Virus record (IMG/VR): IMGVR_UViG_2850126897_000005
Span: 1 to 64,000 of that record
Length of the DNA stretch: 64,000 bases
Strand: one strand, 5' to 3'
Source: a virus
Lineage: Duplodnaviria > Caudoviricetes
In this document: positions 46,869 to 56,309 of the stretch, piece by piece
Position numbering within the stretch: position 1 is the first letter of the stretch
Layout of the letters: each line of letters starts with the position of its first letter
Notes under the pieces: model-generated
What the model was told of the DNA's origin: nothing
Seen by the model: only the letters and a program-made list of their open reading frames with translations
Database searches by the model: none
Made by a program: the position numbers and the translations under genes

Positions 46869-48386
46869 ATGACAAAAATCTTTAAAATCCCCTTTGCAAC
46901 ACAAGGGGATAGAACTTCTATTCCTGATGATGTGCAAGCCGATGGCGCAGTTTCTTACACGCAAGGCTATAGTTACGATTATGAGCGTGACCAACAAACT
47001 GACCCTGCGGCCAAAGATATCGAACGTGAGAAGATGAACGGGATATTTCACGATATCACGGAAGCGATAGGCGAGTTGCAGAGCTTTGGTTTCCCTAAGT
47101 GGGCGACAGAAGGCAAGCCATACCCAATCCGTGCGATTGTTCATCATAAAAACAAAACGTGGCAGTCGAAGATTGAAAATAACAATGTTGAACCTGTCGC
47201 AGGCACAGCATGGCAGGAACTGAAAGCCGATTTAAGCGCCGGTGATATCAATGTTTATACCAAAACGGAGTCTGACAAGCGTTTCCAGCCATTAGGCAAC
47301 TATCAGCCTGCTGGCTACAGCTACTCTAAAGCAGAATCTGACACCAATTATCAACCCAAAGGTAACTATGCCCCCGCAGGCAACTACGCACTTAAAGGTG
47401 AAAGCTATACGAAGGCAGAAGGGGATACACGATATCAGCCAAAAGGCAGCTATCAGCCATCAGGGGATTATGCCTTAAAAGGAGATAGTTATACCAAGGC
47501 TGAAACTGATAGTAAGTATCAGCCCAAAGGTAGCTATCAAGCGGCGGGCTATAGTTATTCAAAAGCGGAGTCTGATACCAATTACCAACCCAAAGGTAAT
47601 TATGCTCCGGCGGGTAATTATGCACTTAAAGGTGAAAGTTACACCAAGGCCGAAGGGGATACACGATATCAGCCAAAAGGCAGTTATCAACCATCGGGGG
47701 ATTATGCAACAAACACAGCACTTAATAACGGCCTCAATACTAAACTCAATACGAGCAGTGTCGTTCAGGCAACGGGCGCATCAACAACAAATGTGATGAG
47801 CCAAAAAGCCGTCACCGATGCATTACAAAATGCGGTCAATCTTAATACCATTTACCCTATTGGTATTGTTGTGTGGTTTGCACAAAATAAGAACCCCAAT
47901 ACATTATTCCCTGGTACGAAATGGCAATACATCGGCGAAAATAAAACAATTCGTTTAGCTGCTGCAAGTGGTGCGAATGTGTTAACAACCGGTGGTTCGG
48001 ATTCAGTTACTATAGGTAAAGGCCACCTTCCTGCGGTATCACTTAAGTATTCGGGTACAACTGTTTCAAGTGGAGGGCATACCCACACACGTGGGACAAT
48101 GAATATTACGGGGGAGTTTGGATATATCCGGAGTGATAATGCTATTCACTCCATGGCAACAGGCGCTTTTAGTCTTACTAACGGGGGAACTGGCTATAAT
48201 GGTAATAACACTACTGGTGGCTATAAATATGTATTTAACGCATCTAAAACATGGTCAGGTGAAACGTCTAATAGTGGAGCGCATACGCATACCTATTCAG
48301 GTAACACGGAAAACCTCGGTTCAGGAACGGCCTTAACAGTTACCAATGCCTATATCATGCTGATGGGGTGGTATCGATTAAGTTAA
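46869..48386 (+). CDS. Tail fibre protein with YQPKG repeats
   Basis: PFA.QGD N-terminus; tandem repeats; IYPIG...HTH C-terminal domain. Confidence 0.85.
   Translation: MTKIFKIPFATQGDRTSIPDDVQADGAVSYTQGYSYDYERDQQTDPAAKDIEREKMNGIFHDITEAIGELQSFGFPKWATEGKPYPIRAIVHHKNKTWQSKIENNNVEPVAGTAWQELKADLSAGDINVYTKTESDKRFQPLGNYQPAGYSYSKAESDTNYQPKGNYAPAGNYALKGESYTKAEGDTRYQPKGSYQPSGDYALKGDSYTKAETDSKYQPKGSYQAAGYSYSKAESDTNYQPKGNYAPAGNYALKGESYTKAEGDTRYQPKGSYQPSGDYATNTALNNGLNTKLNTSSVVQATGASTTNVMSQKAVTDALQNAVNLNTIYPIGIVVWFAQNKNPNTLFPGTKWQYIGENKTIRLAAASGANVLTTGGSDSVTIGKGHLPAVSLKYSGTTVSSGGHTHTRGTMNITGEFGYIRSDNAIHSMATGAFSLTNGGTGYNGNNTTGGYKYVFNASKTWSGETSNSGAHTHTYSGNTENLGSGTALTVTNAYIMLMGWYRLS
47257..47710 (+). repeat. 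Intragenic tandem repeats in tail fibre (234-bp higher-order period)
   Basis: ACACCAATTA at 47341 recurs as ATACCAATTA at 47575; sub-repeats Y(S/T)KAE.D..YQPKG.Y. Confidence 0.9.
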
Positions 48387-48442
48387 GTGATATTAATAAA
48401 TAAAAGTGTGGCGTGCATTGTAATATGCACACCACACTTAAA

Positions 48443-50065
48443 TTAAAAGATCACTTGTTGTTCAATTGTTTTTTTGTTATCCATATCTACAATGAAATTA
48501 ATGGATTTTATATTTTTAGGTGAAACTGGAATAGTGAAACCAACTAAATTCATACCATAAATAGAGTCTATCTTGTTATTCTCTTCAGTATGTATTTTGT
48601 TTTTGTCATCCATTACTATTATTCTATAGCTTTCATTTGACATTAACTTTTTGTTATCAACAAGTTGTAGGGCTATAGTTGTTCCTTTCAAAAATCTATC
48701 TTTACCTAAGAATAGATTTGAAACATTTGTATTTGTTACATTAGGTAGTGGCAGTTTTATCCCATCTAAAATAACTGCGTAGTTATAGTCTATTTTATAG
48801 GTTTCAATCGGATGGCTAATGTTAAAGTATTCAGCCATTGCATTAGGATTATGATATAAATCCATTTCGTCACCACCTCTGAAAGAGCGTGGATAGTAAT
48901 ACTCGGGTATCTTATCGGTTTTAGAATCACCAATTATTTCTTCGTTTATTGCATAAATTCTTATTTTCTCTTGAGTCGTTATTGCATTATATGAATAGAC
49001 CATTTGAATATATGAAAAAATGAAACCACAAAGAGTTAAAATACCAATAAAATATGTAATTGCGATTCCTCTTTTATTTTTCATACTAAATGCGTATCCA
49101 ATAGAAAAGGAGCATGAAATAACATAAAAAAGGTGAGCGCCACTCAAAGACCTAGTAGGAAATGTTGGGGATGCAACCATGGAAAATATACTTAAAAAGC
49201 CTAATACGATAAACAATAATGAAAGATAAAAGCTTTTTGACTTCTTTTCACCTACATAAGTTAGCAGTAAAAGTAATGAAGCAACTAGTACACCCCACGT
49301 TTTAGTAAATGAATGTGAAAGTTTATCCGATAAAAAATATGTGATTTTTTCTATCGTACTGAGGGAGTAAAAGTCAGTGAAAAGAGCGGCTCGATGAAAA
49401 TTGCCAGGGCTCGAAATCAAAGTTACAAATCCAAGTATAACAAGTACAGATGAAAAGATAATAAGTCTGTTTTTATGTTTAAAAAAAACATAACAGGAGG
49501 TAATTACTGAAATGGCAACTATAATCCAACTCGTATTTTCATTACTGCATCCAGCAAAAAAAGAACTGATTATGAGAGGGATTAGACACTTTTTATCATC
49601 AAGATAACGAAATAAAAAATAAAGATAAATAACAATAAATAAATTTGTGACAAGATAATTTGCTGCACCAACAACCCAAAAAACAATTTGACCAAGAGCT
49701 GGGTTTGTAACCCAGTAAATTGAAAATAAAACAATAAACTGTAAAAAAAATGTTTTTTTACTTGTGTCAGAGTTACTACTTATTTTAGTAATTAAAAAGA
49801 TCATCATTGTTAATACAAATGCAATCATACTATTTTTTAGTATGTTAGAGCCTGATGTAAGAACTAGAGTGCTAAAATAGTCTGATACAAATCTTCCACT
49901 CCATGAAAGGTAGTGAGATACATGAGCAGATAATGAATTTCCTTTAATATAATACACATAGTCATCAGAATGCATAGGTGTATAGTATTCGACTAAAAAA
50001 ATAAGCGAAAAGACAATTAGGACACTTATGTAGCCTAAATTAATACGTTTTAAGTAGTTAGTCAT
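48443..50065 (-). CDS. Serotype-specific glucosyltransferase (GtrC-position, DUF6056-like)
   Basis: Polytopic membrane protein; DDY...W.GR GT-C signature; third gene of gtr operon. Confidence 0.75.
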   Translation of the reverse strand: MTNYLKRINLGYISVLIVFSLIFLVEYYTPMHSDDYVYYIKGNSLSAHVSHYLSWSGRFVSDYFSTLVLTSGSNILKNSMIAFVLTMMIFLITKISSNSDTSKKTFFLQFIVLFSIYWVTNPALGQIVFWVVGAANYLVTNLFIVIYLYFLFRYLDDKKCLIPLIISSFFAGCSNENTSWIIVAISVITSCYVFFKHKNRLIIFSSVLVILGFVTLISSPGNFHRAALFTDFYSLSTIEKITYFLSDKLSHSFTKTWGVLVASLLLLLTYVGEKKSKSFYLSLLFIVLGFLSIFSMVASPTFPTRSLSGAHLFYVISCSFSIGYAFSMKNKRGIAITYFIGILTLCGFIFSYIQMVYSYNAITTQEKIRIYAINEEIIGDSKTDKIPEYYYPRSFRGGDEMDLYHNPNAMAEYFNISHPIETYKIDYNYAVILDGIKLPLPNVTNTNVSNLFLGKDRFLKGTTIALQLVDNKKLMSNESYRIIVMDDKNKIHTEENNKIDSIYGMNLVGFTIPVSPKNIKSINFIVDMDNKKTIEQQVIF

Positions 50066-50996
50066 TTTTGTTCTCAATATAATCTGTCTTTTTTAGCAAG
50101 TATCTAGGCCTTGCTTTGCTTTCAGTATAAATACGACCAATATACTCACCGAGTACACCAATACCAATAAGCTGAACTCCACCTAAAAATAGAATAGAAA
50201 CAAGTAATGAAGGATAACCAGGAACAGGATTACCCCAAATTAATTTATCTACCATCATCCAACCACCATAGATAAAAGATGCAAAAGCAACAAATAAACC
50301 AATGTAAGTCCAAACGCGTAATGGAAAAGTAGAAAAACTCGTTATACCTTCTAAGGCTAAGTTCCATAATTTCCAGCCATTGAATTTACTTTCTCCAGCA
50401 GATCTTTCTGCTCTGTTGTATTCAACAACATCAATTTTTCCACCCACCCATGAAAGGATACCTTTCATGAATAAATTACGCTCAGGTAATAATTTTATAT
50501 ATTCGACACTCTGACGAGATATCAACCTAAAATCGCCAACATTTTCTTCAATTTCAGGCGCGCTAATTTTATTATGGAGCTTGTAAAACCATTCAGCTGT
50601 TTTGCGTTTTAACCATGTATCACTAGTACGATTAGCTCTTTTTGCGAGAACAATATCTGCGCCTTGTTGCCATTTATCTATGAGCTGTGGAATAACATCA
50701 ATAGGATCTTGAAGGTCTACATCAATAGGTATTACAGCTTCTCCAGTTGCGTATTCAAGGCCCGCAAACAAAGCCGGTTCCTTACCAAAATTTCGCGTGA
50801 AGTTTAAAGGGAGCACTAAAGGGTCAGCAATAGCTAATGCATTGATAATATTTTCAGTGCTGTCTTTACTTCCATCATTTATGAAGACTATTTCGATATC
50901 ATATTGATTAAGAATCGGGTGTTCTCTTACTGACTTATAAAATATAGGGATAGCTTCTTCTTCGTTATAAACGGGCACTACTAATGATATTTTCAT
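50058..50996 (-). CDS. gtrB: Bactoprenol glucosyltransferase
   Basis: [13 protein letters not shown]; NDGS.D; RNFGKE; DVDLQDP. Confidence 0.92.
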   Translation of the reverse strand: MKISLVVPVYNEEEAIPIFYKSVREHPILNQYDIEIVFINDGSKDSTENIINALAIADPLVLPLNFTRNFGKEPALFAGLEYATGEAVIPIDVDLQDPIDVIPQLIDKWQQGADIVLAKRANRTSDTWLKRKTAEWFYKLHNKISAPEIEENVGDFRLISRQSVEYIKLLPERNLFMKGILSWVGGKIDVVEYNRAERSAGESKFNGWKLWNLALEGITSFSTFPLRVWTYIGLFVAFASFIYGGWMMVDKLIWGNPVPGYPSLLVSILFLGGVQLIGIGVLGEYIGRIYTESKARPRYLLKKTDYIENKND

Positions 50997-51367
50997 TGTG
51001 GAGTATCTCTGAAAACAAAGATTTTGGAGTAAAGAAAACCTAATACGAGGCTAATCGAAGAAAAAATTATTAAAGTTGCGATAGGGGGGAATCGTAGCTG
51101 GTCTGAAACATAACCAGTCAAATAACTTAATAGCCCCATAAATAAGGTAAATGATAAGTATCGTGCTGTAGTCGCTTTAGCTTTGAACGTGAATTTTGCA
51201 TTAGCAAAAAAGGAAAAACTGACAGCAGCTATGAAGCCTATTAAGTTAGCTATAGCTTGAGAGGTTGAAAGGAACACTGTCAGTAGCCCAAAAATGGACC
51301 AATGTATAAGAGTGTTTAAAATTCCAACCGAAAAGTATTTAGTGAATAACTTAATCATTTCAATCAT
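50993..51367 (-). CDS. gtrA: GtrA flippase
   Basis: Four TM; [21 protein letters not shown]. Confidence 0.9.
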   Translation of the reverse strand: MIEMIKLFTKYFSVGILNTLIHWSIFGLLTVFLSTSQAIANLIGFIAAVSFSFFANAKFTFKAKATTARYLSFTLFMGLLSYLTGYVSDQLRFPPIATLIIFSSISLVLGFLYSKIFVFRDTPQ

Positions 51368-51587
51368 TCGTATTGAGAAGAGAATAAGTAATTTAGTATA
51401 CCTGAATATACCTACTGATGCAGCAAACTGATAAGGAGAGTTTATGTGAAATGTCGTGTTAGTCTTACTTTATTCTCCACCAAATTGTGAGGCGGAAAAG
51501 CAAGCCTATATTATAAAATAGGGGAAATGGGATTTTACTACAGTACCACTACGAACTATTTATATTTTGGTAGGTGTACTCAGAAAG

Positions 51588-51617
51588 CAATAAAAAAGCC
51601 CACCGAAGTGAGCTTTT
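51588..51617 (-). terminator. Element-supplied terminator downstream of the ssrA 3' copy
   Basis: Minus strand AGCTCAC-TTCG-GTGGGCT followed by T-run. Confidence 0.7.
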
Positions 51618-51744
51618 AGTAACTTTCAAATGCGCGTGCATTTCACGTGCACTTTCTAGTCTTAATGTTGCCAGTGTCTAGTCCAACTGATTTTGCTAAC
51701 TTCCTGTTTTTAAACCTGTTGTCCTATCACTGACCCACCAAATT

Positions 51745-51788
51745 TGGTGGGCTGGCGGGAGTTGAACCCGCGTCCGAAATTTCTACAT
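51745..51788 (-). repeat. att site: ssrA 3'-end copy with 1-nt deletion
   Basis: Minus strand TGTAGAAATTTCGGACGCGGGTTCAACTCCCGCCAGC-CCACCA. Confidence 0.92.
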
Positions 51789-51901
51789 TCTTTATTGTAT
51801 GTTGTGAATTTATTTATTTAATATAATTTTCAATTGGTTGCGTTACATTGGTGGACATTGATTTACAACTGTTATAAAACTATATGGACACATACTGGAC
51901 A

Positions 51902-52957
51902 TTAAAGGTATGCGATTGGCTCCCCTGTGTGATTTTTAATAAGACCATAATCAAAATTATTTGTTATGAGGGTCACATCATTATACATATATTGTTCTAC
52001 CCAAAAGAAATCTATACTCTTTATTGGTTCTTTATTAACAAACATAAAAATATCAAGAGTAATAGAATGCAAAGATTTTAATAAACTTTTCAGAAAAATA
52101 TTATCTAATAATTTGGTGTTAAATAGTGAATAGTGATAATTTGATGATTTATCAGAGGAATAAGATAATTTCGATATATCTATTTCAAGTGCTTCCATTA
52201 GCCTAATTATAGTTGATTCTAGGGATAAAATGAAATCTTTATATTTACTAGGTTCTTCATATGACGTTGGTATGATGTATTTACCAAATATAATATTAAT
52301 ATCTACCCATGACTGGTTTATTTCATCAAAATAATGAGTGGATATTCCAGATAATTCACTGGTTAACCCTCTTGAATCATTGGAAAAAATAAACATTTTA
52401 TTGTATAGATAATATGGGTTCTTAATATTAATTAGTGTTTTTATTTCTAATTCATTCGGGGTTTCTTTTTTATTATTTAGTGGGTGTTTTTTTACAATAG
52501 TAATTATTTCATGTTTTAAGTTTTTCTCAAAGTACTCTATAGCTGATTTTTTATGGTTTAAATAAAAGTCAATGCTATTTTTAGACTGGGTTTGGCTTAT
52601 TTGCTCATTTGTTTGAATTGTTCTATGTATGTTATTAACAATAGCAGTAAACGGTATTGAGAGCGACAACAAACCTAGAGGGAACGCATTGTTAACAATG
52701 AAATCTTTGTAATTATCTCCTCCTAACTGTATATCAAAAGGGTACCATGAAAAAATACCAAAATATAAAAATGAAAATATGGGGATAATTATAGCAAGCC
52801 AAAATAATGATTGTTGCGTTAACGGCTTTGAGTCCATCCCAAAGGGTTTGGCAACATATGCAACTGTCATAATTGTAGCAATAGCATGAAAGTATATAAA
52901 AATTGCTAAAAAGGAGTCATGAAATTTTTCTACCCAAAGAGAAAAAAAAGCATTCAT
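51902..52957 (-). CDS. Membrane-anchored cargo protein, NIHRTIQT family (paralogue 1)
   Basis: About 3 TM; LFWLAIIIPIFSF...PLGLLSLS...NNIHRTIQT; starts 2 bp after int stop. Confidence 0.75.
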   Translation of the reverse strand: MNAFFSLWVEKFHDSFLAIFIYFHAIATIMTVAYVAKPFGMDSKPLTQQSLFWLAIIIPIFSFLYFGIFSWYPFDIQLGGDNYKDFIVNNAFPLGLLSLSIPFTAIVNNIHRTIQTNEQISQTQSKNSIDFYLNHKKSAIEYFEKNLKHEIITIVKKHPLNNKKETPNELEIKTLINIKNPYYLYNKMFIFSNDSRGLTSELSGISTHYFDEINQSWVDINIIFGKYIIPTSYEEPSKYKDFILSLESTIIRLMEALEIDISKLSYSSDKSSNYHYSLFNTKLLDNIFLKSLLKSLHSITLDIFMFVNKEPIKSIDFFWVEQYMYNDVTLITNNFDYGLIKNHTGEPIAYL

Positions 52958-52959
52958 CT

Positions 52960-53976
52960 TTAATCTTCCATAAAATTCAAAGGGTTTTTAGTCACTGCAT
53001 CTTCTAAATGACTTGGTGCAAAGTGTGCGTAAATCATCGTCATTTTGATATCAGAGTGTCCGAGAATATCTCTTAAAACTAAAATATTGCCGCCGTTCAT
53101 CATAAAATGGCTGGCGAAAGTATGGCGTAAAACGTGGGTGCATTGTCCTTCAGGTAATTCAATTCCTGCTTTATTGACAGTGCGCTCGAATGTTTTACGG
53201 CAAGGGGTGAATAGCTTCCCACGCTTCTTAGGAATTTCATCATATAATTCCTTTGAAATCGGAACGGTACGCACCTTTTTACTTTTGGTATTTCTGTAGG
53301 TAATACGGTAGGGCGTGACTTGGCTACTTTCTAAATTTTCGGCTTCACTCCAACGAGCTCCTGTTGCCAGGCAAATTTTGGAGATCATCAAAACGCTTTC
53401 GCTATTAGATTCTGAAAGTGCTTCAAGTAATAATTTAATTTCATCTTGATATAAAAACGTCACCATACTTTCATCAACTTTGAAAGTAGGTAGCCCAGCT
53501 AATGGGTTGGCCAATGACCAATGACCTAATTTTTTTAGCGTACCAAAAACCGCAGATAAATTACGTTGCTCATGATTTACAGTAACGGGCTTAATTGCCA
53601 TTAATCGACCGTTAATATCAGGAATTTCACCCTTTAGGCGTCCTTCACGATAAAGGCTAAAATCAGAAGCGGTTAACTGGGATGCAATAGGATCACCAAG
53701 CCCTGCACAAATGGCCTTGAGTTTTGACATCATTCTGTCAGCATCGGTTAACGTTCTGCCATATAAATCATGCCACTGCGTGATTAAATCCGATAATCGC
53801 CTGTTATCCTGTTTTTCACCTAGCCACGGTTTATCTTCCATTTGTCCCAGGATATATTTTTCATAGGATAAGGCTTCGCCTTTGGTCACGAACTTTTTGC
53901 GAATACGTTTACCATTGACGCCATTCGGTCTTAAATCACACAGCCATTCGCCAGACTCAATTTTTCTTACAGTCAT
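52960..53976 (-). CDS. int: P2-family tyrosine integrase
   Basis: TGARWSEA; HVLRHTFASHF; LGH; YAH. Confidence 0.93.
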   Translation of the reverse strand: MTVRKIESGEWLCDLRPNGVNGKRIRKKFVTKGEALSYEKYILGQMEDKPWLGEKQDNRRLSDLITQWHDLYGRTLTDADRMMSKLKAICAGLGDPIASQLTASDFSLYREGRLKGEIPDINGRLMAIKPVTVNHEQRNLSAVFGTLKKLGHWSLANPLAGLPTFKVDESMVTFLYQDEIKLLLEALSESNSESVLMISKICLATGARWSEAENLESSQVTPYRITYRNTKSKKVRTVPISKELYDEIPKKRGKLFTPCRKTFERTVNKAGIELPEGQCTHVLRHTFASHFMMNGGNILVLRDILGHSDIKMTMIYAHFAPSHLEDAVTKNPLNFMED

Positions 53977-53984
53977 CTCTATAT

Positions 53985-54596
53985 CTATTGGTTTTCAATA
54001 ATCGTCACTACACGACCTAACACGGTTAAGTCTTCTAAATCACAATCAAATGGAATTCCAACGCCTGAAACACGGACTTTTTTAATTGGAATTCTTGTTA
54101 GCTCACGAACGCTAATTTTCCCCTCAATATTGACAAGCCATTTGCCATCAAAAACATCTGCAAATTTTTTATCGACGATTGAATAGGTATCGCCATCTTG
54201 AACACTCATTGGTTCATCAGGGAGTGGGGCGGTATTTTTAAACATGACCTTATCGAACATCACGCTACTGGCTGGTATTAATTCACCATTCATTAAACGG
54301 AAATTAGACAGTTTGAGGATATCTATTTTTACATTTTCAAAAGGTTTTCCTTTACCAAATGTAAGCCATTCAATATTTGCACCAGTTTCTATAGTACAAC
54401 GAACTACCATATCAGCAGGGAAAACAGCACGTTTGTAGCGCCCTGAAATTCCACTAGACCCCATATTGAAATGCTCAGCCATCTGTAATTTTGATGAAAA
54501 ACCATAGGCTTCCATGATTCTATCTAAAACGCTTGCATTATCAGGGCATGAAATAAAATCAAATGTCTCGCACATCGAAAACTCCAAATCTCTCAC
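53985..54596 (-). CDS. cI: 186-type CI repressor
   Basis: VLDRI.EAYGF..K..MAEH HTH; C-terminal DG.WLV.IEG domain. Confidence 0.85.
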   Translation of the reverse strand: MRDLEFSMCETFDFISCPDNASVLDRIMEAYGFSSKLQMAEHFNMGSSGISGRYKRAVFPADMVVRCTIETGANIEWLTFGKGKPFENVKIDILKLSNFRLMNGELIPASSVMFDKVMFKNTAPLPDEPMSVQDGDTYSIVDKKFADVFDGKWLVNIEGKISVRELTRIPIKKVRVSGVGIPFDCDLEDLTVLGRVVTIIENQ

Positions 54597-54622
54597 TTCG
54601 TGAGATTAATTCACGAATCGAA

Positions 54623-54651
54623 TTGACATTTCACGATTCGCGAGTTAAATT
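54623..54651 (+). promoter_or_regulatory. Lytic promoter pR of P2-like prophage
   Basis: TTGACA-17 bp-TAAATT, overlapped by TTCACGAWTCG repeats (probable operators). Confidence 0.65.
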
Positions 54652-54722
54652 CTCTCATGTTGATAGATAACAAAGGTTGGCATTAATTCGCACTTAATGC
54701 GCATAACAGGAGATTTTGCCTC

Positions 54723-54914
54723 ATGAAACAAAATACCGCAACAGTTTCACATTCTGAGAATCGTTGGGTTCCTTTAAAGACGTTCTGTGAACGTACAGAT
54801 ATCAAAATTCGCACAGCGAGATACTACATTCATACTGGAAAGCTAAAAATTAAACCTAAGACAAAACCAAATGAGCGTGTCTTTGTTGACTGGTTTGCTT
54901 GGAATAATGGCTAG
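54723..54914 (+). CDS. Apl/Cox-like excisionase-repressor
   Basis: Small wHTH divergent from cI. Confidence 0.7.
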   Translation: MKQNTATVSHSENRWVPLKTFCERTDIKIRTARYYIHTGKLKIKPKTKPNERVFVDWFAWNNG

Positions 54915-54975
54915 TATTGTTCGCGTTTAGTGAATATTGCTAAACGAATAGTGAAATAATTAACAGGAAAACACC

Positions 54976-55485
54976 ATGTTTGATTATCAGGTTTCCAAAC
55001 AAGCACACTTTGATAATGCCTGTCGGGCATTTGCCACATCACACAAAGGTGAGCTTGTTCAGATTGCGAATGATATCGGCATGAACCCACAAATGTTACG
55101 CAATAAGCTAAACCCCGAACAGCCGCACTTAGTTACCTGTGCAGACTTGTTTAAGCTAACCGATGCCACCAAAGACCCATCATTGTTAGATGGTGTACTG
55201 GAGCAACTGAATTGCCAGCCATCTGTCCCGATGACAGATATTGGTGATAACAATGTGCAAGGTTATCTATTAGGGGCAACCGCTGAGGTCGGTAAATTAG
55301 CCAATCATGTGGTTGATGGCGGCCATATCAACAGTATACGGTCAGCAGAAATTAAGCAAAGCGTGAACAATGCAATCCGTTGTTTAGCCTTAGTTGGCGT
55401 GACTATCTCAGAACGTTTTCATTCAAACCCTGCATTAGTATCCGCGATTGATACGGTAGTAGGCTTTGGCCAATCAATGGTGTGA
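54976..55485 (+). CDS. cII: 186-type CII activator
   Basis: MFDYQVSKQAHFDNACRAF; LRNKLNPEQPH. Confidence 0.88.
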   Translation: MFDYQVSKQAHFDNACRAFATSHKGELVQIANDIGMNPQMLRNKLNPEQPHLVTCADLFKLTDATKDPSLLDGVLEQLNCQPSVPMTDIGDNNVQGYLLGATAEVGKLANHVVDGGHINSIRSAEIKQSVNNAIRCLALVGVTISERFHSNPALVSAIDTVVGFGQSMV

Positions 55486-55492
55486 GGACAAT

Positions 55493-55627
55493 ATGACTCA
55501 AGCACACAAGCAGCAATATAAATACAAAGTTACAGGCGATTCATTTAAAGCAAAATCTAACAATGATTTAAAAGTGATCATCCCTGTAATTGTTTTTGCC
55601 ACTATCTATTTACTAGCAAGAATATAG
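55493..55627 (+). CDS. 44-aa protein with C-terminal TM (not in track)
   Basis: GAGG RBS; ...VIIPVIVFATIYLLARI*. Confidence 0.5.
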   Translation: MTQAHKQQYKYKVTGDSFKAKSNNDLKVIIPVIVFATIYLLARI

Positions 55628-55987
55628 GTGGAAATTATGTATCAGAACCCAATAGAGCTAGAACAACGCGCCCAATATATGCAGTTAGACCAGCGTATTA
55701 ATGGGCTTAATAAAACATCAGAAATTAAATCAAAACACTTTGGTTTAAAAAATGATGAGCTGAAATATTTTATAAAAGAAATGCGCGACCGTTTTAATGA
55801 GCATCACGAAGAAAATAAAAAGTTTTTAGGCGTAATTTTCTATATGGCGAATATTGATAAAAGCCGCCACGATTGCCAATTTGAAGATCTCACTACGAAA
55901 GAGATTTTTAATATCGTCAAAGCCATTAATCACATAAAAGCGATTAGTGCATTTTTACCAAAAAACTTAGCTTTACCTCTTAATTAA
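55628..55987 (+). CDS. P2-family early protein (DUF5347-like)
   Basis: Conserved position; FYMANI motif. Confidence 0.65.
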   Translation: MEIMYQNPIELEQRAQYMQLDQRINGLNKTSEIKSKHFGLKNDELKYFIKEMRDRFNEHHEENKKFLGVIFYMANIDKSRHDCQFEDLTTKEIFNIVKAINHIKAISAFLPKNLALPLN

Positions 55988-56057
55988 ATAACCGACAAAA
56001 ATTAATGACATTGATTTGTCAGGGTTTTTTACACGCTAAATTTAGGAAAACAGATAA

Positions 56058-56309
56058 ATGAATATACCAGAACCGATGTTTACGCCTGTATATGATTTAG
56101 GTAATGGCGAAGATACCACGATGCTTGCTGTCATAAAGCAGAACCGTGAAGATGAAAAAAATACACGTTCGATCATTTTCGCTTCTCGCTTACGTCGCCT
56201 TTCCAATCAAGTCATGAAAGACAAGCTGGATTATGCGCAAATAGCTCAACTGTTAGAGAGTGAAGCCAATCACATCGAACACCAGGCGCAAGAACTGAAT
56301 TATGTTTGA
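56058..56309 (+). CDS. DUF2732-like protein
   Basis: R..E.K.....F.SRL..L...ELL..EA. Confidence 0.65.
   Translation: MNIPEPMFTPVYDLGNGEDTTMLAVIKQNREDEKNTRSIIFASRLRRLSNQVMKDKLDYAQIAQLLESEANHIEHQAQELNYV

Larger units (their letters stand above)
6864..51776. mobile_element. Apparently complete lambdoid prophage with contractile-tail morphogenesis genes
   Basis: int-xis, recombination, cI/cro, O/DnaB-like, Q, lysis, head, tail and gtr genes, bounded by ssrA 3'-end repeats. Confidence 0.9.

Noticed and set aside
47257-47710. Diversity-generating retroelement TR/VR pair or invertible shufflon
   Set aside because: The repeats are tandem and in frame, differences are mostly synonymous and not adenine-specific, and no reverse transcriptase or invertase is present.
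49470-49765. Homopolymer phase variation in the gtr transferase
   Set aside because: Runs of 7-8 A/T are expected in such AT-rich DNA, and the frame is intact.
51475-51486. Inverted 12-bp CTCCACCAAATT matching the ssrA end and att flank
   Set aside because: Too short to call a third att remnant, with no supporting flanks. Left unresolved.
51368-51600. Dam/OxyR phase variation of gtr
   Set aside because: No GATC sites in the upstream region.
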